DNA of 64,000 nucleotides from an uncultured Mycoplasmatota bacterium (GCA_900553835.1 USFF01000003.1:4183-68182), one strand, 5' to 3'; positions 48,931 to 60,474 are shown, numbered from the stretch's first letter. The notes: generated by a model not told the origin, from the sequence alone. Translations and numbers: made by a program.

Positions 48931-49341
48931 ATGAATAGTGAAGATAAATATTATAAAATTTTATTTAAATTAGCTTTAAAAGCTTATAAAAAAAATGAAG
49001 TACCGGTGGCATCTATAGTGGTTAGAAATGGTGAAATTATTTCAAAGGCTTATAATAAGCGCTATAATACGCATAATCCACTAAATCATGCTGAAATAAT
49101 TGCTATTAAAACTGCATGCAAACGATTGAAAACGTGGAAATTAGATGATTGTGATATTTATGTAACTTTAAAACCTTGTAAAATGTGCTGTGAAGTAATT
49201 AAACAGTCTAGGATACATAATGTTTATTTTTTTACTGATAATACAAAAGATATTAACTTTAAAACTAATTTTATTAAATTAGGAGATAAAGACAAAACGT
49301 TTTCAAAGTTATTAACAATTTTTTTTGAAAAATTAAGATAA
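48931..49341 (+). CDS. tadA: tRNA-specific adenosine deaminase TadA
   Basis: CDA-fold zinc motifs HAE (NHAEIIAI) and PCKMC; 136 aa. Confidence 0.85.
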   Translation: MNSEDKYYKILFKLALKAYKKNEVPVASIVVRNGEIISKAYNKRYNTHNPLNHAEIIAIKTACKRLKTWKLDDCDIYVTLKPCKMCCEVIKQSRIHNVYFFTDNTKDINFKTNFIKLGDKDKTFSKLLTIFFEKLR

Positions 49342-49395
49342 AAAGGTATATTTATATATTTATAAATGTTATAATTTTTTTGTATGGAGGTATTT

Positions 49396-51075
49396 ATGTC
49401 GTATACTGCTTTATATAGAAAATATAGGCCTCAAAACTTTAAAAATGTTGTTGGGCAGGATATTGTAGTTGATGTATTAAAAAACTCAATTATTAACAAA
49501 AAAATTTCTCATGCTTATTTATTTACTGGCCCTAGAGGTACAGGTAAAACAAGCATTGCTAAAATTTTTGCACATGCTGTAAACTGTGAAAATTTTAAAA
49601 GTGATATTTGTAATGAATGTAATTCTTGTATTTATTTAAGTACAAATGACAGTGACATTATTGAAATCGATGCTGCTAGTAATAATGGCGTTGATGAAAT
49701 TAGAACATTAAGAGAAAATGTTAAATTAATGCCAGCATTCTGTAGATATAAAATATATATTATTGATGAAGTTCATATGTTATCTATAGGAGCTTTTAAT
49801 GCTTTGTTAAAGACACTTGAGGAGCCTCCTAAACATGTTATATTTATTTTAGCTACAACTGAACCTAGTAAGATACCTTTAACAATATTGTCTAGATGTC
49901 AAAGATTTGATTTTAAGAAAATTTCTATTGAAGACTTGATTTCAAGATTAAAATATATTATAGGGTGTGAAGACAGACATATTTCAGATGAAGTATTAAA
50001 GAAAATCGCGGAAAATTCAGATGGAGGGCTAAGAGATGCAATTAATTTACTTGATCAAACCCTATCTTTACCAGATGATTTGATTTCAGAAAGTGAAATT
50101 GATAAACTTTCTGGAAACATTCCTAAGGATTTTATTAATAAACTTGTTGATGTTATATTTACGGCAAATTATGTGGAATTTTTATCAGTAAGTGAACATA
50201 TTTCTGAAAATAGTTATAACTTTACAAATATAATTGATTTTATTTTGGTTTTTTTAAGAGATTATAGTATAAATTTGACGGTTTCCAATTATTTTGAGGC
50301 TGAGTATAAAAATTATTTATCTAAATATTCTTTTAAAATTGAGGAATTGACTAGATTTACTAAAATTCTTAATGATTTATCAAATGAATTAAAAAAATCA
50401 AATAATCAAAAAATGGTTTTTGATATTTATATGTTTGAATTGATGAATAATATTCAAGTTAAGAAAGTTATCAACAGTTCTAAACCAATTGATAACATTC
50501 GAAATGATGCATCAGGCATTATTGACAAAGAAACTGATGATGTTGTTCAAACTGATGAAACTTTAAGCACAACTGAGCATATTGTAAGAGATGATGTTAG
50601 CAGTAAATTTTTTGAGGAAATTCAAAAAGTAAGAATAAATAATGTATTAGCAGAGGCTGATAAAAATATTTTGATGGCTATCAATAATAAATATGATAAA
50701 ATTAATGATTATTTATCAAGTCAAACTTATAATATTGTGGCAAGTTTGCTGTTGTCGGGCAAAGTTGTTGTTGCATCGTCAAAATATTTATTATTTGCAT
50801 TTAATAGTGATTCTGATTTAATAAAGTTTAATCATAAAATAAATCAAATAGAAACTTTTGTTAAAGAACTTTTTGATACTTCTTATAAAGTTATCGGACT
50901 TACAAAGACTGATTGGGAAAAATGTAAAAATAGTTATATAAATAACAAAAAAAATAATATTAGGTATGTATTTATTGATGAAAATGATGTAAAATTAGAA
51001 GAGGTGGATAACCACGCTGAGTTTGAAGGCGATGCATTAAATATTTTTGGTGATGACACAGTTAGTGTTAAGTGA
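49396..51075 (+). CDS. dnaX: DNA polymerase III subunit tau (gamma/tau)
   Basis: Start reset to MSYTALYRKYRPQNF (GGAGG SD). Walker A GPRGTGKTS, DEVHML, SRC motif. Confidence 0.9.
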   Translation: MSYTALYRKYRPQNFKNVVGQDIVVDVLKNSIINKKISHAYLFTGPRGTGKTSIAKIFAHAVNCENFKSDICNECNSCIYLSTNDSDIIEIDAASNNGVDEIRTLRENVKLMPAFCRYKIYIIDEVHMLSIGAFNALLKTLEEPPKHVIFILATTEPSKIPLTILSRCQRFDFKKISIEDLISRLKYIIGCEDRHISDEVLKKIAENSDGGLRDAINLLDQTLSLPDDLISESEIDKLSGNIPKDFINKLVDVIFTANYVEFLSVSEHISENSYNFTNIIDFILVFLRDYSINLTVSNYFEAEYKNYLSKYSFKIEELTRFTKILNDLSNELKKSNNQKMVFDIYMFELMNNIQVKKVINSSKPIDNIRNDASGIIDKETDDVVQTDETLSTTEHIVRDDVSSKFFEEIQKVRINNVLAEADKNILMAINNKYDKINDYLSSQTYNIVASLLLSGKVVVASSKYLLFAFNSDSDLIKFNHKINQIETFVKELFDTSYKVIGLTKTDWEKCKNSYINNKKNNIRYVFIDENDVKLEEVDNHAEFEGDALNIFGDDTVSVK

Positions 51076-51090
51076 TAGGAGGATGAAATT

Positions 51091-51384
51091 ATGAACATGC
51101 AAAATTTAATGGCTCAAGCGCAAAAAGTGCAAAGAGAGTTAGAAAAGGCTAATAATGAAATTGAAAATTCGTTATTTGAAGGTGTAAGCGGTGCAGTAAA
51201 AATAACTTTAACCGGAAAAAATCAAATTACAAAAGCGGAAATTATAGATGAAGAAATTTTAAAAGATAAAGATATGCTTGAAGATATGGTAATGGTTGCT
51301 GTTAATGATGCTCTTAATAAATTAATGAGTACAAAAGAACAAAAAATGGGCAAGTATACTAATGGTTTTGGGGGATTGTTTTAA
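51091..51384 (+). CDS. ybaB: Nucleoid-associated protein YbaB/EbfC
   Basis: 97-aa protein with the MNMQNLMAQAQKVQ N-terminus, between dnaX and recR. Confidence 0.85.
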   Translation: MNMQNLMAQAQKVQRELEKANNEIENSLFEGVSGAVKITLTGKNQITKAEIIDEEILKDKDMLEDMVMVAVNDALNKLMSTKEQKMGKYTNGFGGLF

Positions 51385-51387
51385 ATA

Positions 51388-51987
51388 ATGATTTATCCAG
51401 AGGAATTTGAAAAATTGAAAGATAGTTTTCAATTATTTTCTGGGGTTGGTGAGAAATCAGCCGAAAGATTTGTATATGATGTTAATTCAATTGACATGGA
51501 TAAAATTGAGGAATTTGCACATAACCTCATTAATTTTAAGAATAATATCGGTAAGTGTGTTGTATGCGGTCATATTAGTAACGCTGATAAGTGTAGTATT
51601 TGTGCTTCAGAGACTAGAGACCAATCTACAATTTGTGTTGTAGAAGATTCAAAAAGTGTATTTATGTTTGAAAAAACTGGTAAATATAGAGGGTTATATC
51701 ATGTTTTAGGTGGTTTAATATCCCCTATTGATGAAGTAAACCCTGAAGATATTAATATATATTCTCTTATTAACAATAGAATTGATGAGAAAGTAAAAGA
51801 GATTATTATTGCCTTAAAACCTTCAGTTGAAGGTGAAATGACATCTTTGTATATACAAAAGTTACTTGAAAATAAAAATTTAAAAGTATCTAGACTTTCA
51901 TATGGAATACCGATGGGAGCTGATATAGAATATTTAGATCCCTTAACAATTATGAGGGCTATAGAGGATAGAAAAATGTTGTCATAA
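51388..51987 (+). CDS. recR: Recombination protein RecR
   Basis: N-terminal HhH, C4 zinc finger (CVVCGH...CSIC), Toprim domain. Confidence 0.9.
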   Translation: MIYPEEFEKLKDSFQLFSGVGEKSAERFVYDVNSIDMDKIEEFAHNLINFKNNIGKCVVCGHISNADKCSICASETRDQSTICVVEDSKSVFMFEKTGKYRGLYHVLGGLISPIDEVNPEDINIYSLINNRIDEKVKEIIIALKPSVEGEMTSLYIQKLLENKNLKVSRLSYGIPMGADIEYLDPLTIMRAIEDRKMLS

Positions 51988-52011
51988 AGTGCGAATAATT
52001 TTAATACTATT

Positions 52012-52209
52012 TTGCAGGAGGGTGCAATGCAAATTATAGTATTTTTAGTAAAAAGATTAGTTATGGCTATTTGTGTGTTATATGCCTTTGATTTAATAAC
52101 TTCAGGGGCGGGTATAATGATTCCAATTAATTTTGTTTCTATTTCGTATGTAGCAATTTTGGGGATACCAGCTATTATTGGATTAGTTATTTTAGAAAAA
52201 ATGATTTAA
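52012..52209 (+). CDS. bofA: Small membrane protein, BofA-like (pro-sigma-K processing inhibitor)
   Basis: 65 aa, two TM segments. The C-terminal PINFVSISYVAILGIPAIIGLVIL resembles BofA HVPINLVTTAISGILGIPGIAALVV. Same position as B. subtilis bofA after recR. Confidence 0.55.
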   Translation: MQEGAMQIIVFLVKRLVMAICVLYAFDLITSGAGIMIPINFVSISYVAILGIPAIIGLVILEKMI

Positions 52210-52228
52210 GTAGTTATAGGAGACGGTT

Positions 52229-53068
52229 ATGAGTAGAGATTTGGATAAGTATTTTTTTGAAAGAGATAGGCAAAATAAAATTAGCCATGCTTTTTTGTTA
52301 TATAATTCTACTTATTCAAAGATTCAGAGTGAATTATCTTTGGTTATTAGTAAATATATTTTAAAAAGCAATACTGTTACTAATTGTGATGATGTTATTA
52401 TTATAAGACCTGAAACAGATAAGATAGTTAAAGAGCAAATATCTAATCTTCAGGTAAGATTAAAGTCTAAATCTCAATATAATGAATCAAGAGTTTACAT
52501 AATTGATGGCGCTGAAAAAATGAATGATTATGCAGCTAATTCTTTATTAAAATTTTTAGAAGAACCAGAGAATGGAATATTTGCTTTTTTAGTTACATCT
52601 AATATTGAAAATGTGTTACCTACTATTAAATCAAGGTGTCAATTGATAAAAGTTAATGATAATATTTCATTTAATATTGATGATTTAAATGAGGAACTTG
52701 TTAGAAAAGTGATATTATTTGCTAAATGTTTAAGTGAAAAAAAAATAGGAACGATGGCATATTTACAAAATTTTATTGATAAAAAGCAGGAAAAGTGTGA
52801 TATAATAAAATTGCTGGAGATTCTCCAATATTTTTACTATGATGTAATTAATTATAAAATTAAAGGAGATTATAGTTATTTTCATAGATTTAACGAAGAT
52901 ATAATATATATAAGCAGTTTAACAAATCTAAATGATTTAGTGAATAAAATGATTGTTTTAAATGCTGCATCTAGTAATTTGAAATATAATTTAAATATTA
53001 ATTTGTTTTTCGATAAGTTAGTAATTGATTTGGTTGGTGATAAAAATGAACAACATAGTAGCAGTTAG
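52229..53068 (+). CDS. holB: DNA polymerase III delta-prime subunit
   Basis: AAA+-like fold with a degenerate P-loop, HAFLL block, SRC motif (IKSRCQLI); conserved position before ricT. Confidence 0.7.
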   Translation: MSRDLDKYFFERDRQNKISHAFLLYNSTYSKIQSELSLVISKYILKSNTVTNCDDVIIIRPETDKIVKEQISNLQVRLKSKSQYNESRVYIIDGAEKMNDYAANSLLKFLEEPENGIFAFLVTSNIENVLPTIKSRCQLIKVNDNISFNIDDLNEELVRKVILFAKCLSEKKIGTMAYLQNFIDKKQEKCDIIKLLEILQYFYYDVINYKIKGDYSYFHRFNEDIIYISSLTNLNDLVNKMIVLNAASSNLKYNLNINLFFDKLVIDLVGDKNEQHSSS

Positions 53069-53858
53069 TTTTAAAGAAAATGGTAAACTTTATTTTTTTG
53101 ATGGTGGAAAAATAAAACTAAATGAAAATACTTTTGTTGTTGTTGAAACAGAAAGAGGTTTACAGTTAGGTAAAGTGATAGTTAACAAAATTCGAAATGT
53201 TGAGCATCTAGATGATATGAAAAAAATTATTAGAATAGCCGACTCAAAGGACACTAAACGCTTTGAAATTAATAAAAAAGATGCTTATAATGCTATGGTT
53301 AAAGCTAGAAACTTAGCAGAAAAGTATTCTTTAAATATGAATATTGTTGATGCCTCGTATACTTTAGATAGAAGTCAATTAATTTTCTTTTTCTTGTCTG
53401 ATCAAAGAGTGGATTTTAGAGACTTGGCAAAGGATTTAGCTGCTGTATATAAGACAAGAATTGAACTTAGACAAATTGGAGTAAGGGATAAAGCAAAAGA
53501 TGTTGGTGGTATTGGTCAGTGTGGTAAAGTTTTATGTTGTGCTAGTTTTTTACATCAATTTCCTGAATCTGTATCAATCAATATGGCAAAAAATCAAAAT
53601 TTAACTTTGAATCCAACAAAAATTAATGGCCAGTGTGGAAGACTTCTTTGTTGTTTGACTTACGAAGATGATATTTATACAGAAAATAGAGAAGGTATGC
53701 CGCTTATCGGAGATAAAGTGAAAACAGAAAAGGGCGAAGGCACTGTTATTTCTGTAGATGTTTTAAAAAGGTCTTACGTTGTTAACGTAGAAGCTGAAGG
53801 AAAAGTGGTAGTTAATTTAGGAAGTAAATGTGATGAATGTGGAAAATGTAATAAATGA
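53046..53858 (+). CDS. ricT: PSP1-domain protein RicT/YaaT (stage 0 sporulation / RNase Y regulator complex)
   Basis: Start reset to MNNIVAVSFKENGKLYFFDGG. C-terminal Cys motifs CGKVLCC and CGRLLCC. Overlaps the holB stop by 23 nt. Confidence 0.8.
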   Translation: MNNIVAVSFKENGKLYFFDGGKIKLNENTFVVVETERGLQLGKVIVNKIRNVEHLDDMKKIIRIADSKDTKRFEINKKDAYNAMVKARNLAEKYSLNMNIVDASYTLDRSQLIFFFLSDQRVDFRDLAKDLAAVYKTRIELRQIGVRDKAKDVGGIGQCGKVLCCASFLHQFPESVSINMAKNQNLTLNPTKINGQCGRLLCCLTYEDDIYTENREGMPLIGDKVKTEKGEGTVISVDVLKRSYVVNVEAEGKVVVNLGSKCDECGKCNK

Positions 53859-54561
53859 TTTAGTCGGATATCATAATTTGAAAATAGTTCAAAATACTAA
53901 ATATTTTAATTTTAGCTTGGAGTCAGTATTGGTTCCAAGATTTTGTAATTTAAAGAAGAATATGAAAATAATAGATTTTTGTACTGGGAATGCTCCTATT
54001 CCATTGATTCTTAGTACATTAACTAATTCTAATATTATAGGTGTTGAAATTCAAAAAGAAGTATTTGAACTTGCTGTTCAATCTATTGAACTCAATAATC
54101 TTGAAGATAGAGTGAAAATTTTAAATATGGATGTGAAAAATCTAAGTGAAGTGTTTGAAACAGATACATTTGATTTAATTACTTGTAATCCACCATATTT
54201 TAAGGTTGTTGAATCTAGTAATTTAAATGATAATGAGATTAAAACTAATGCTAGACATGAAACTCTAATTGATTTAAAGGATATTTTAAGTGTTTGTAAA
54301 AAACTTTTAAAAAATAATGCCTCTTTAGTAATGGTTCATAGAACCGAGAGAGTAACTGAAATTCTAACTAAAATGAAGGAATATAATTTGGAGCCTAAAA
54401 GAATTAGATTTATTTATCCTAAAATGGGAGAAAATTCTAATTTAGTTTTGATAGAAGCAAGGAAAAATGGTAAAATAGGAGCGAAAGTATTGCCTCCATT
54501 ATATTGTCATAATAAAGATGGATCATATACTGAAGAAGTACTTAGAATGTTTGAGAGGTGA
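53830..54561 (+). CDS. SAM-dependent N6-adenine methyltransferase (YabB/TrmN6-like)
   Basis: NPPY motif (CNPPYF) and SAM-binding IDFCTGNAPIPL. Confidence 0.65.
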   Translation: MMNVENVINDLVGYHNLKIVQNTKYFNFSLESVLVPRFCNLKKNMKIIDFCTGNAPIPLILSTLTNSNIIGVEIQKEVFELAVQSIELNNLEDRVKILNMDVKNLSEVFETDTFDLITCNPPYFKVVESSNLNDNEIKTNARHETLIDLKDILSVCKKLLKNNASLVMVHRTERVTEILTKMKEYNLEPKRIRFIYPKMGENSNLVLIEARKNGKIGAKVLPPLYCHNKDGSYTEEVLRMFER

Positions 54562-54568
54562 GAAAAAC

Positions 54569-55432
54569 ATGATACAAAGAAGTTATTTAGATAGTAAATC
54601 AAATTGTTATATAATTCCTACACCAATTGGAAATATGGAAGATATTACTTTGAGAGCAATTAGGCTTCTAAAGAAAGTTGATGCTATTTTTGCTGAAGAT
54701 ACTAGGGTTACTCAAAATTTACTTACTAATTTAAAAATTAAAAATAAAATTTATCAGTGTCAAAAATTTAATGAAATAAAAGCTAGCAAACTTATGATTA
54801 AATTGCTTAATGAAGGCAAGAATATAGCTGTTGTAACAGATAGAGGGACTCCATTAATAAGTGATCCTGGGTATGTGGCACTTAAAAGTGTTGTTAAAGA
54901 AGGTTATAATATTATTGCTTTGCCAGGCGCTAGTGCTTTACTCCCGGCAATTAATATGTCTAATTTAGATCAAGACAAATTTTTATTTTATGGATTTTTA
55001 GATTCTAAAGAATCGGCATTAATTAAAGAACTTGAAAGCATAAAAGATTTAAAGTTTACAATTATTTTATATGAAGCACCACATAGACTTTATAAAACTT
55101 TACAAAATGTCTTAAAAATATTGGGAAATAGGCAGATTAGTATTTCCCGGGAAATAACTAAACTTCATGAAGAGGTTTTTAGGGGAAGCGTTTTGGAAGC
55201 TTTGGATAACTATAAAGGTGATGTTAAAGGTGAAATAGTTATTGTAATAGAAAAAGGAAATACTACAAATAATATTGATGATGCTTATTTAAAATGTGTA
55301 GAACTTGTTTCTTTAGGAATGTCTAGTAAAAATGCTATTAAGTATATTTCTAGAGAATTGGGCGTTAGTAAAAATGAACTTTATGATATGTATGAGGTGA
55401 AGAAAAATGAAACTGATAGTGGGATTAGGTAA
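54569..55432 (+). CDS. rsmI: 16S rRNA (cytidine1402-2'-O)-methyltransferase RsmI
   Basis: Start reset to MIQRSYLDSK (GAGAGGTGA SD). TPIGN motif; tetrapyrrole-methylase fold. Confidence 0.85.
   Translation: MIQRSYLDSKSNCYIIPTPIGNMEDITLRAIRLLKKVDAIFAEDTRVTQNLLTNLKIKNKIYQCQKFNEIKASKLMIKLLNEGKNIAVVTDRGTPLISDPGYVALKSVVKEGYNIIALPGASALLPAINMSNLDQDKFLFYGFLDSKESALIKELESIKDLKFTIILYEAPHRLYKTLQNVLKILGNRQISISREITKLHEEVFRGSVLEALDNYKGDVKGEIVIVIEKGNTTNNIDDAYLKCVELVSLGMSSKNAIKYISRELGVSKNELYDMYEVKKNETDSGIR
55141..55156. promoter_or_regulatory. Second copy of the Noc-binding-site-type palindrome TATTTCCCGGGAAATA, inside the rsmI coding sequence (codons I-S-R-E-I)
   Basis: Identical 16-mer to 36928-36943. The GC-rich core CCCGGG is rare in this AT-rich sequence. 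Confidence 0.45.
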
Positions 55433-55946
55433 TCCTGGTAAGGAATATGAAAATACAAGGCATAATGTTGGCTTTATGGCACTTGATAATTATGTTAAAG
55501 ACACTTTCAAACAAAAAGATAATTATTTGTATATTCAAAAAGTAATTAATGGAGAAAAATGTATATTTGTTAAACCTTTAACTTATATGAATGAAAGTGG
55601 GCTTGCTGTTAAAAAAGTTATGAGTTACTTTAATATAAACATTGAAGATATGCTCGTTATTTATGATGATGTTGATTTTGAAGTTGGTACTTTTAAACTT
55701 AAAAGTACTGGTTCTTCAGGTGGACATAATGGTATCAAGAGCATAATTAAATATGTACAGGCAGAAAATTTTCAAAGGATAAGAATAGGTATTTCTAAAC
55801 CAAAATATGATATGATAAATTATGTGCTTGGTAAATTTACAAAAGAAGAAATGGAAAAATTAAATATTGTTTTTACTACTATTAATAACATTTTAAATGA
55901 TTTTCCTGCTGTACAATTTGATAAATTAATGAGTAAATATAATTAG
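55407..55946 (+). CDS. pth: Peptidyl-tRNA hydrolase
   Basis: MKLIVGLGNPGKEYENTRHNVGF N-terminus, 179 aa. Confidence 0.9.
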   Translation: MKLIVGLGNPGKEYENTRHNVGFMALDNYVKDTFKQKDNYLYIQKVINGEKCIFVKPLTYMNESGLAVKKVMSYFNINIEDMLVIYDDVDFEVGTFKLKSTGSSGGHNGIKSIIKYVQAENFQRIRIGISKPKYDMINYVLGKFTKEEMEKLNIVFTTINNILNDFPAVQFDKLMSKYN

Positions 55947-55954
55947 GAGGAGAA

Positions 55955-58900
55955 ATGTTAGACGGAATTTTTAAAATACATTTAAAAGATAAATTAAAAA
56001 TTTCTATAACTAATAATGAGATATACAATCAGTTTATTTTATATCTTTATTCTAAGGTGGATAATGGTATTGTTTTAGTTACCCCAACTTTAACTGAAGC
56101 TAATAATTTATACTCTAGGTTAAGTTATTATTTAAAAGACAATGTTTTTATTTTTCCAGATGATGACTACCTTACTAAAAAAGCAATAGTTTCATCACCA
56201 GAATTTATGTATATGCGTCTTAAGTTTTTAAATAACTTTAATAGTAAATCAAATAAAATTCTTATTTGTCATACTAACAGTTATTTAAAAAAATTATTAC
56301 CTAAAAATGAATTGACAAATGTAACATTAAATATTACATTAAAATCAAAGATAGATAGAGAAATATTAATAAATAAATTAAATAAAGCAGGTTATAGAAG
56401 AGAGAGTATTGTTACTAACACTGGAGAATTCAGTGTTAGGGGTTTTGTTGTGGATGTTTTTCCTATATTTGAAGAGCATCCTTATAGGATTGAATTTTTT
56501 GATGATGATGTTGACGAAGTTAAGATTTTTGATGAAAATACACAGAAATCTATTAAGTCAGTTGACGAAGTAATTATAAAACCTGTAATTGATGAATATG
56601 ATAATGCCAATAGTTCAGTGCTAGATTATTTTGATAATCCGTTGGTCATTTATCATGATTATGATTCCATTATTAAAGTATTTAATAGTATAAAAGAACA
56701 ACTAAATTATTATGGAGATGTTGATGTCTTATTTAATTTGGATGATTTGAAATCTGAGCATTCTATTTTCTTTGATACTACTAATAATCTTGATTATGAT
56801 TATTCTATCACCGCTGAAGCTATTACATCATATAATAATGATTTTAATAAATTTAATAGTGATCTTTTAAGGGATAATACTTTCCTTTGTTCAACTGATA
56901 ACATTTTTATTTCTAAGCTTAATGCTCCTAAAGAAAAAATTATAAAAAAAGATTTACTTAATGGTTTTATTTATAACAATATTACATATTTATCTAAAAA
57001 TGACCTAAATTTAAATGTACAGAAAATAAGGTATGATACTGGTTATAAAATGGGTAAAAAGATTAACTCAATAGATAAATTAGAAATTGGAGACTATGTA
57101 GTACATAAAGCAAATGGTATAGGGGTTTACATGGGAATACAAACTATTATGAAAAATGGACTATTAAAAGACTATATTTTGCTACAATATAAAGGAAATG
57201 ATAAATTATACATTCCAGTAGATGATGTCGATAAATTATATAAATATTCCTCAAAAGATGGTGCTAAGCCCGTTATACATAAACTTAATAGTTTGGAGTG
57301 GGAAAAAACTAAATTAAAAATAAAAAAGAGAATTAAGGATATTAGTTCGGAATTAATTAAAATTTATAAAAATAGAAATATGTCTACTACCGAGCCATTT
57401 TTGTCAGATACACCTGAACAAGAGATCTTCGAAAATGAATTTATTTATGATGAAACAGCTGATCAATTAAAAACTTCTCTTGAAATTAAAAAAGATTTAG
57501 AAAGTACTAAACCTATGGATAGATTACTTTGTGGTGATGTTGGTTATGGCAAGACAGAAGTTATATTTAGAGCTATGTTTAAAGCTATTTCTAACAATAA
57601 ACAGGTGATGTATTTATGTCCTACTACTTTGCTTAGTTATCAACAATATATGTCTGCTTTAAATAGGTTTAAAAACCATGCAGTTAATTTTGCTTTGTTA
57701 AATAGGTATACTTCTTTAAAAGAAACAAAGGAAATTTTGGAAAAATTAAAAGAAGGAAAAATAGATGCTGTGTTTGGTACACATAGATTGTTAAGTAAGG
57801 ATGTTGAGTTTAAAGATTTAGGTCTTTTAGTAATTGATGAGGAACAACGTTTTGGGGTTATGCATAAGGAAAAAATTAAAGAAATTAAATCAAACGTTCA
57901 TGTTTTATCCGTTTCGGCTACACCTATTCCAAGGAGCTTACAAATGAGTTTAATTGGTGTAAGAGATCTTAGTTTAATTGAAACACCACCTAAGAATAAG
58001 TTTCCGGTTCAAACTTACGTTATTAATTATGATCCTTATATTTTAAGAGATGTTGTTTTAAAAGAAAAAGCTAGGGAAGGTCAAGTATTTATTTTATATA
58101 ATAAAGTTGAAGATATGCCTAAATATGTGGAAAAATTATCTAATTTATTGCCTGAAGTTAGCATAAGGTATGCTCACGGAAAAATGAATAGAGATGAGAT
58201 GCAAGATATCGTTTATGATTTTGCTCTTGGTAAGTTTGATGTTCTTGTAAGCACTACTATAATAGAAAATGGTATTGATATTCCAAATGCTAATACAATG
58301 ATTGTTATTGATGCTGATAGGTTTGGTTTATCACAGTTATACCAAATTAGAGGAAGAGTTGGAAGAGGCTCAAGGCAAGCTTATGCTTATTTAATGTATG
58401 ATAAAAATAAGATTTTAGGAGAAACTGCACATAAAAGACTTGAAGCTATAAAAGAATTTACGTTACTTGGAAGTGGATATAAAATTGCTATGAGAGATTT
58501 AAGTATAAGAGGTGCAGGAGATTTACTTGGAAGTGAACAAGCAGGTTTTATAGATTCAGTAGGTGCTGAGATGTATATAGAGCTTATTAATGAAGAACTA
58601 AATAATGTTCCTGAAGAGAAAGAAGAGGAAAGTGTAAACATTTCAGATGTAAGTAACCATATTAGTGAAAATTATTCAGACGAAGACGCTGTAATTATTG
58701 AATTACATAAATTAATTAGTACTATAAACTCTTCTAAAGAATTTGATGAAGTTTATGAGACTATACAAGATAGATTTGGATTTGTTACTGATGATTTAAG
58801 GAATTATATGAAGCAAGAACTTTGTGAAAAATTAATTCAAAAGTTGAATTTAAAGATACTAATCAACGACAAAAATAAGATATCAATTAAATTAGATGAA

Positions 58901-59083
58901 AATTTTTATCAAGGAATTAATATTGAAAAATTATTTATAGTTTCTACAGGTATTTCCACAAGATTTAATTTTTCTTATAATGGAAGTGCAATTATTATTT
59001 CGCTTAATAAAATTAATTTGGAAAGGCATTATATTAATTATATTTTAGATTTGTTGCTTTATTTAGATAATCAAAAAAAATAG
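55955..59083 (+). CDS. mfd: Transcription-repair coupling factor Mfd
   Basis: 1042 aa with a UvrB-homology N-terminus, RNAP-interaction domain, SF2 helicase motifs ([17 protein letters not shown]) and TRG motif. Confidence 0.9.
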   Translation: MLDGIFKIHLKDKLKISITNNEIYNQFILYLYSKVDNGIVLVTPTLTEANNLYSRLSYYLKDNVFIFPDDDYLTKKAIVSSPEFMYMRLKFLNNFNSKSNKILICHTNSYLKKLLPKNELTNVTLNITLKSKIDREILINKLNKAGYRRESIVTNTGEFSVRGFVVDVFPIFEEHPYRIEFFDDDVDEVKIFDENTQKSIKSVDEVIIKPVIDEYDNANSSVLDYFDNPLVIYHDYDSIIKVFNSIKEQLNYYGDVDVLFNLDDLKSEHSIFFDTTNNLDYDYSITAEAITSYNNDFNKFNSDLLRDNTFLCSTDNIFISKLNAPKEKIIKKDLLNGFIYNNITYLSKNDLNLNVQKIRYDTGYKMGKKINSIDKLEIGDYVVHKANGIGVYMGIQTIMKNGLLKDYILLQYKGNDKLYIPVDDVDKLYKYSSKDGAKPVIHKLNSLEWEKTKLKIKKRIKDISSELIKIYKNRNMSTTEPFLSDTPEQEIFENEFIYDETADQLKTSLEIKKDLESTKPMDRLLCGDVGYGKTEVIFRAMFKAISNNKQVMYLCPTTLLSYQQYMSALNRFKNHAVNFALLNRYTSLKETKEILEKLKEGKIDAVFGTHRLLSKDVEFKDLGLLVIDEEQRFGVMHKEKIKEIKSNVHVLSVSATPIPRSLQMSLIGVRDLSLIETPPKNKFPVQTYVINYDPYILRDVVLKEKAREGQVFILYNKVEDMPKYVEKLSNLLPEVSIRYAHGKMNRDEMQDIVYDFALGKFDVLVSTTIIENGIDIPNANTMIVIDADRFGLSQLYQIRGRVGRGSRQAYAYLMYDKNKILGETAHKRLEAIKEFTLLGSGYKIAMRDLSIRGAGDLLGSEQAGFIDSVGAEMYIELINEELNNVPEEKEEESVNISDVSNHISENYSDEDAVIIELHKLISTINSSKEFDEVYETIQDRFGFVTDDLRNYMKQELCEKLIQKLNLKILINDKNKISIKLDENFYQGINIEKLFIVSTGISTRFNFSYNGSAIIISLNKINLERHYINYILDLLLYLDNQKK

Positions 59084-59092
59084 GAAGTTTTC

Positions 59093-59590
59093 CTATTTTT
59101 TATAGTTGTTTTTACATTTTTCAATTAACTTTAGGGCTTCTTCCATGTTATGAAATTCTTTAGTTTCTACAACAATGTTTTGTAGTGTCTTATAGTTTTG
59201 AAAAAAATCTTTTATTTCAGCTTTTTGATGTTCTGTTAGATCTTCTAGTTTTTGAATATTTTCAAATCTAGGGTCTGTGTCTACAACGGCTATTACTTTT
59301 TCATCATGATAACCATTATCAAGAACGGTCAGATATCCGAGTACACGTGCTTTTACTACACAACCCGGAAAAGTAGGATAACTACTTAATACTAATATGT
59401 CTAATGGGTCTTTATCATCAGCTATTGTATTTTCGATAAAGCCGTATTCTCCTGGATATGTAAGTGCACTGTAAAGTACGCGATCAAGTGTTATTCTGCC
59501 AGTTTCTTTATTAACTTCATATTTGTTTTTAGTACCCATAGGTATTTCTATAATTGCTTCTACTATGTTATTCATTTGTATCACCTGCAA
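59093..59590 (-). CDS. ppa: Inorganic pyrophosphatase (family I)
   Basis: 165 aa with family-I PPase motifs (DGDPLDILVL-like DDKDPLDILVLS). Confidence 0.85.
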   Translation of the reverse strand: MQVIQMNNIVEAIIEIPMGTKNKYEVNKETGRITLDRVLYSALTYPGEYGFIENTIADDKDPLDILVLSSYPTFPGCVVKARVLGYLTVLDNGYHDEKVIAVVDTDPRFENIQKLEDLTEHQKAEIKDFFQNYKTLQNIVVETKEFHNMEEALKLIEKCKNNYKK

Positions 59591-59664
59591 ATATTATAAC
59601 ATAAAACTTTACTCTTTAGTATAATTCTATAAATTTTATTTAAAATAATGTATAGAGGTGGCAA

Positions 59665-60165
59665 ATGAATACTGGAATTGTAAGGAAAATTGATGAATTA
59701 GGTAGAATAGTTATTCCAAAAGAAATTAGAAAAAGTTTAAATATTAGAAATGGCGAAGATCTTCAAATATTTATTAGAGATGAAGAAATTGTTTTAAAAA
59801 AATATAAAAAATTATTAACTGTAAAAGATAGTGCAATAAAATATTTATATTCATTTAGAAAAATAACAGATAGTACTGTGTTTATAACGGATAAGGATAA
59901 AATTATAGCTAGTACATTAGAAAATCTTCTTGGTGAGAAAATAGATGATAAAATTTTAAATTTAATTGAGGAAAGAAAAAGTGAAGATGGTTATTCTTTA
60001 AAAATGGGGAATAATATTATAAATAAGTATTATTATGCATTACCAATTATTATTGATGCTGATGCAATCGGAAGTATTATTATTGTAAATGATCTTCAAA
60101 TTAATGAAAAAGATAAACTACTTTCTAATGTTTTGCATATACTTTTAACGATGGAATTAAGTTAA
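59665..60165 (+). CDS. spoVT: Stage V sporulation protein T (AbrB-type N-terminal domain plus GAF-like C-terminus)
   Basis: N-terminal SpoVT/AbrB swapped-hairpin motif (MNTGIVRKIDELGRIVIPKEIR). Length and position after mfd match B. subtilis. Confidence 0.75.
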   Translation: MNTGIVRKIDELGRIVIPKEIRKSLNIRNGEDLQIFIRDEEIVLKKYKKLLTVKDSAIKYLYSFRKITDSTVFITDKDKIIASTLENLLGEKIDDKILNLIEERKSEDGYSLKMGNNIINKYYYALPIIIDADAIGSIIIVNDLQINEKDKLLSNVLHILLTMELS

Positions 60166-60276
60166 ATTTACGATTTTTTTTAAAAAAAACTTGAAATATA
60201 ATCGTTTTCATGGTATATTACTTAAGCGAAAAGGTTTCTATAACTTAAATAAGTTATGGCGAAAGGAGAATGTAAT

Positions 60277-60474
60277 ATGAAAAAGGGTATTCATCCAGAA
60301 CTAAAAGAATGTAAAGTTAAATGTGCTTGTGGTAATGAATTTACAACTTTAAGTACTAAAAGTGAAATTCAACTTGAAACTTGTAATAAATGTCATTCAT
60401 TTTATACAGGTAAACATATGACTGCAAGAACAGGTAATGTTCAAAAGTTTAAAGAAAAATATGGATTAAAGTAG
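60277..60474 (+). CDS. rpmE: 50S ribosomal protein L31 (zinc-binding type)
   Basis: Start reset to MKKGIHPE (AAAGGAGA SD). CxC ... CxxC zinc-ribbon cysteines. Confidence 0.85.
   Translation: MKKGIHPELKECKVKCACGNEFTTLSTKSEIQLETCNKCHSFYTGKHMTARTGNVQKFKEKYGLK

Noticed and set aside
49497-49513. A8 run (AACAAAAAAAATTTC) in dnaX as a tau/gamma programmed frameshift site
   Set aside because: No downstream stem-loop or nearby -1 frame stop was seen. Firmicute dnaX genes generally lack the E. coli frameshift. An ordinary AT-rich codon run is the more likely explanation.
60166-60276. Possible structured leader or riboswitch upstream of rpmE
   Set aside because: Only a weak 5-bp inverted repeat. No recognisable riboswitch consensus.
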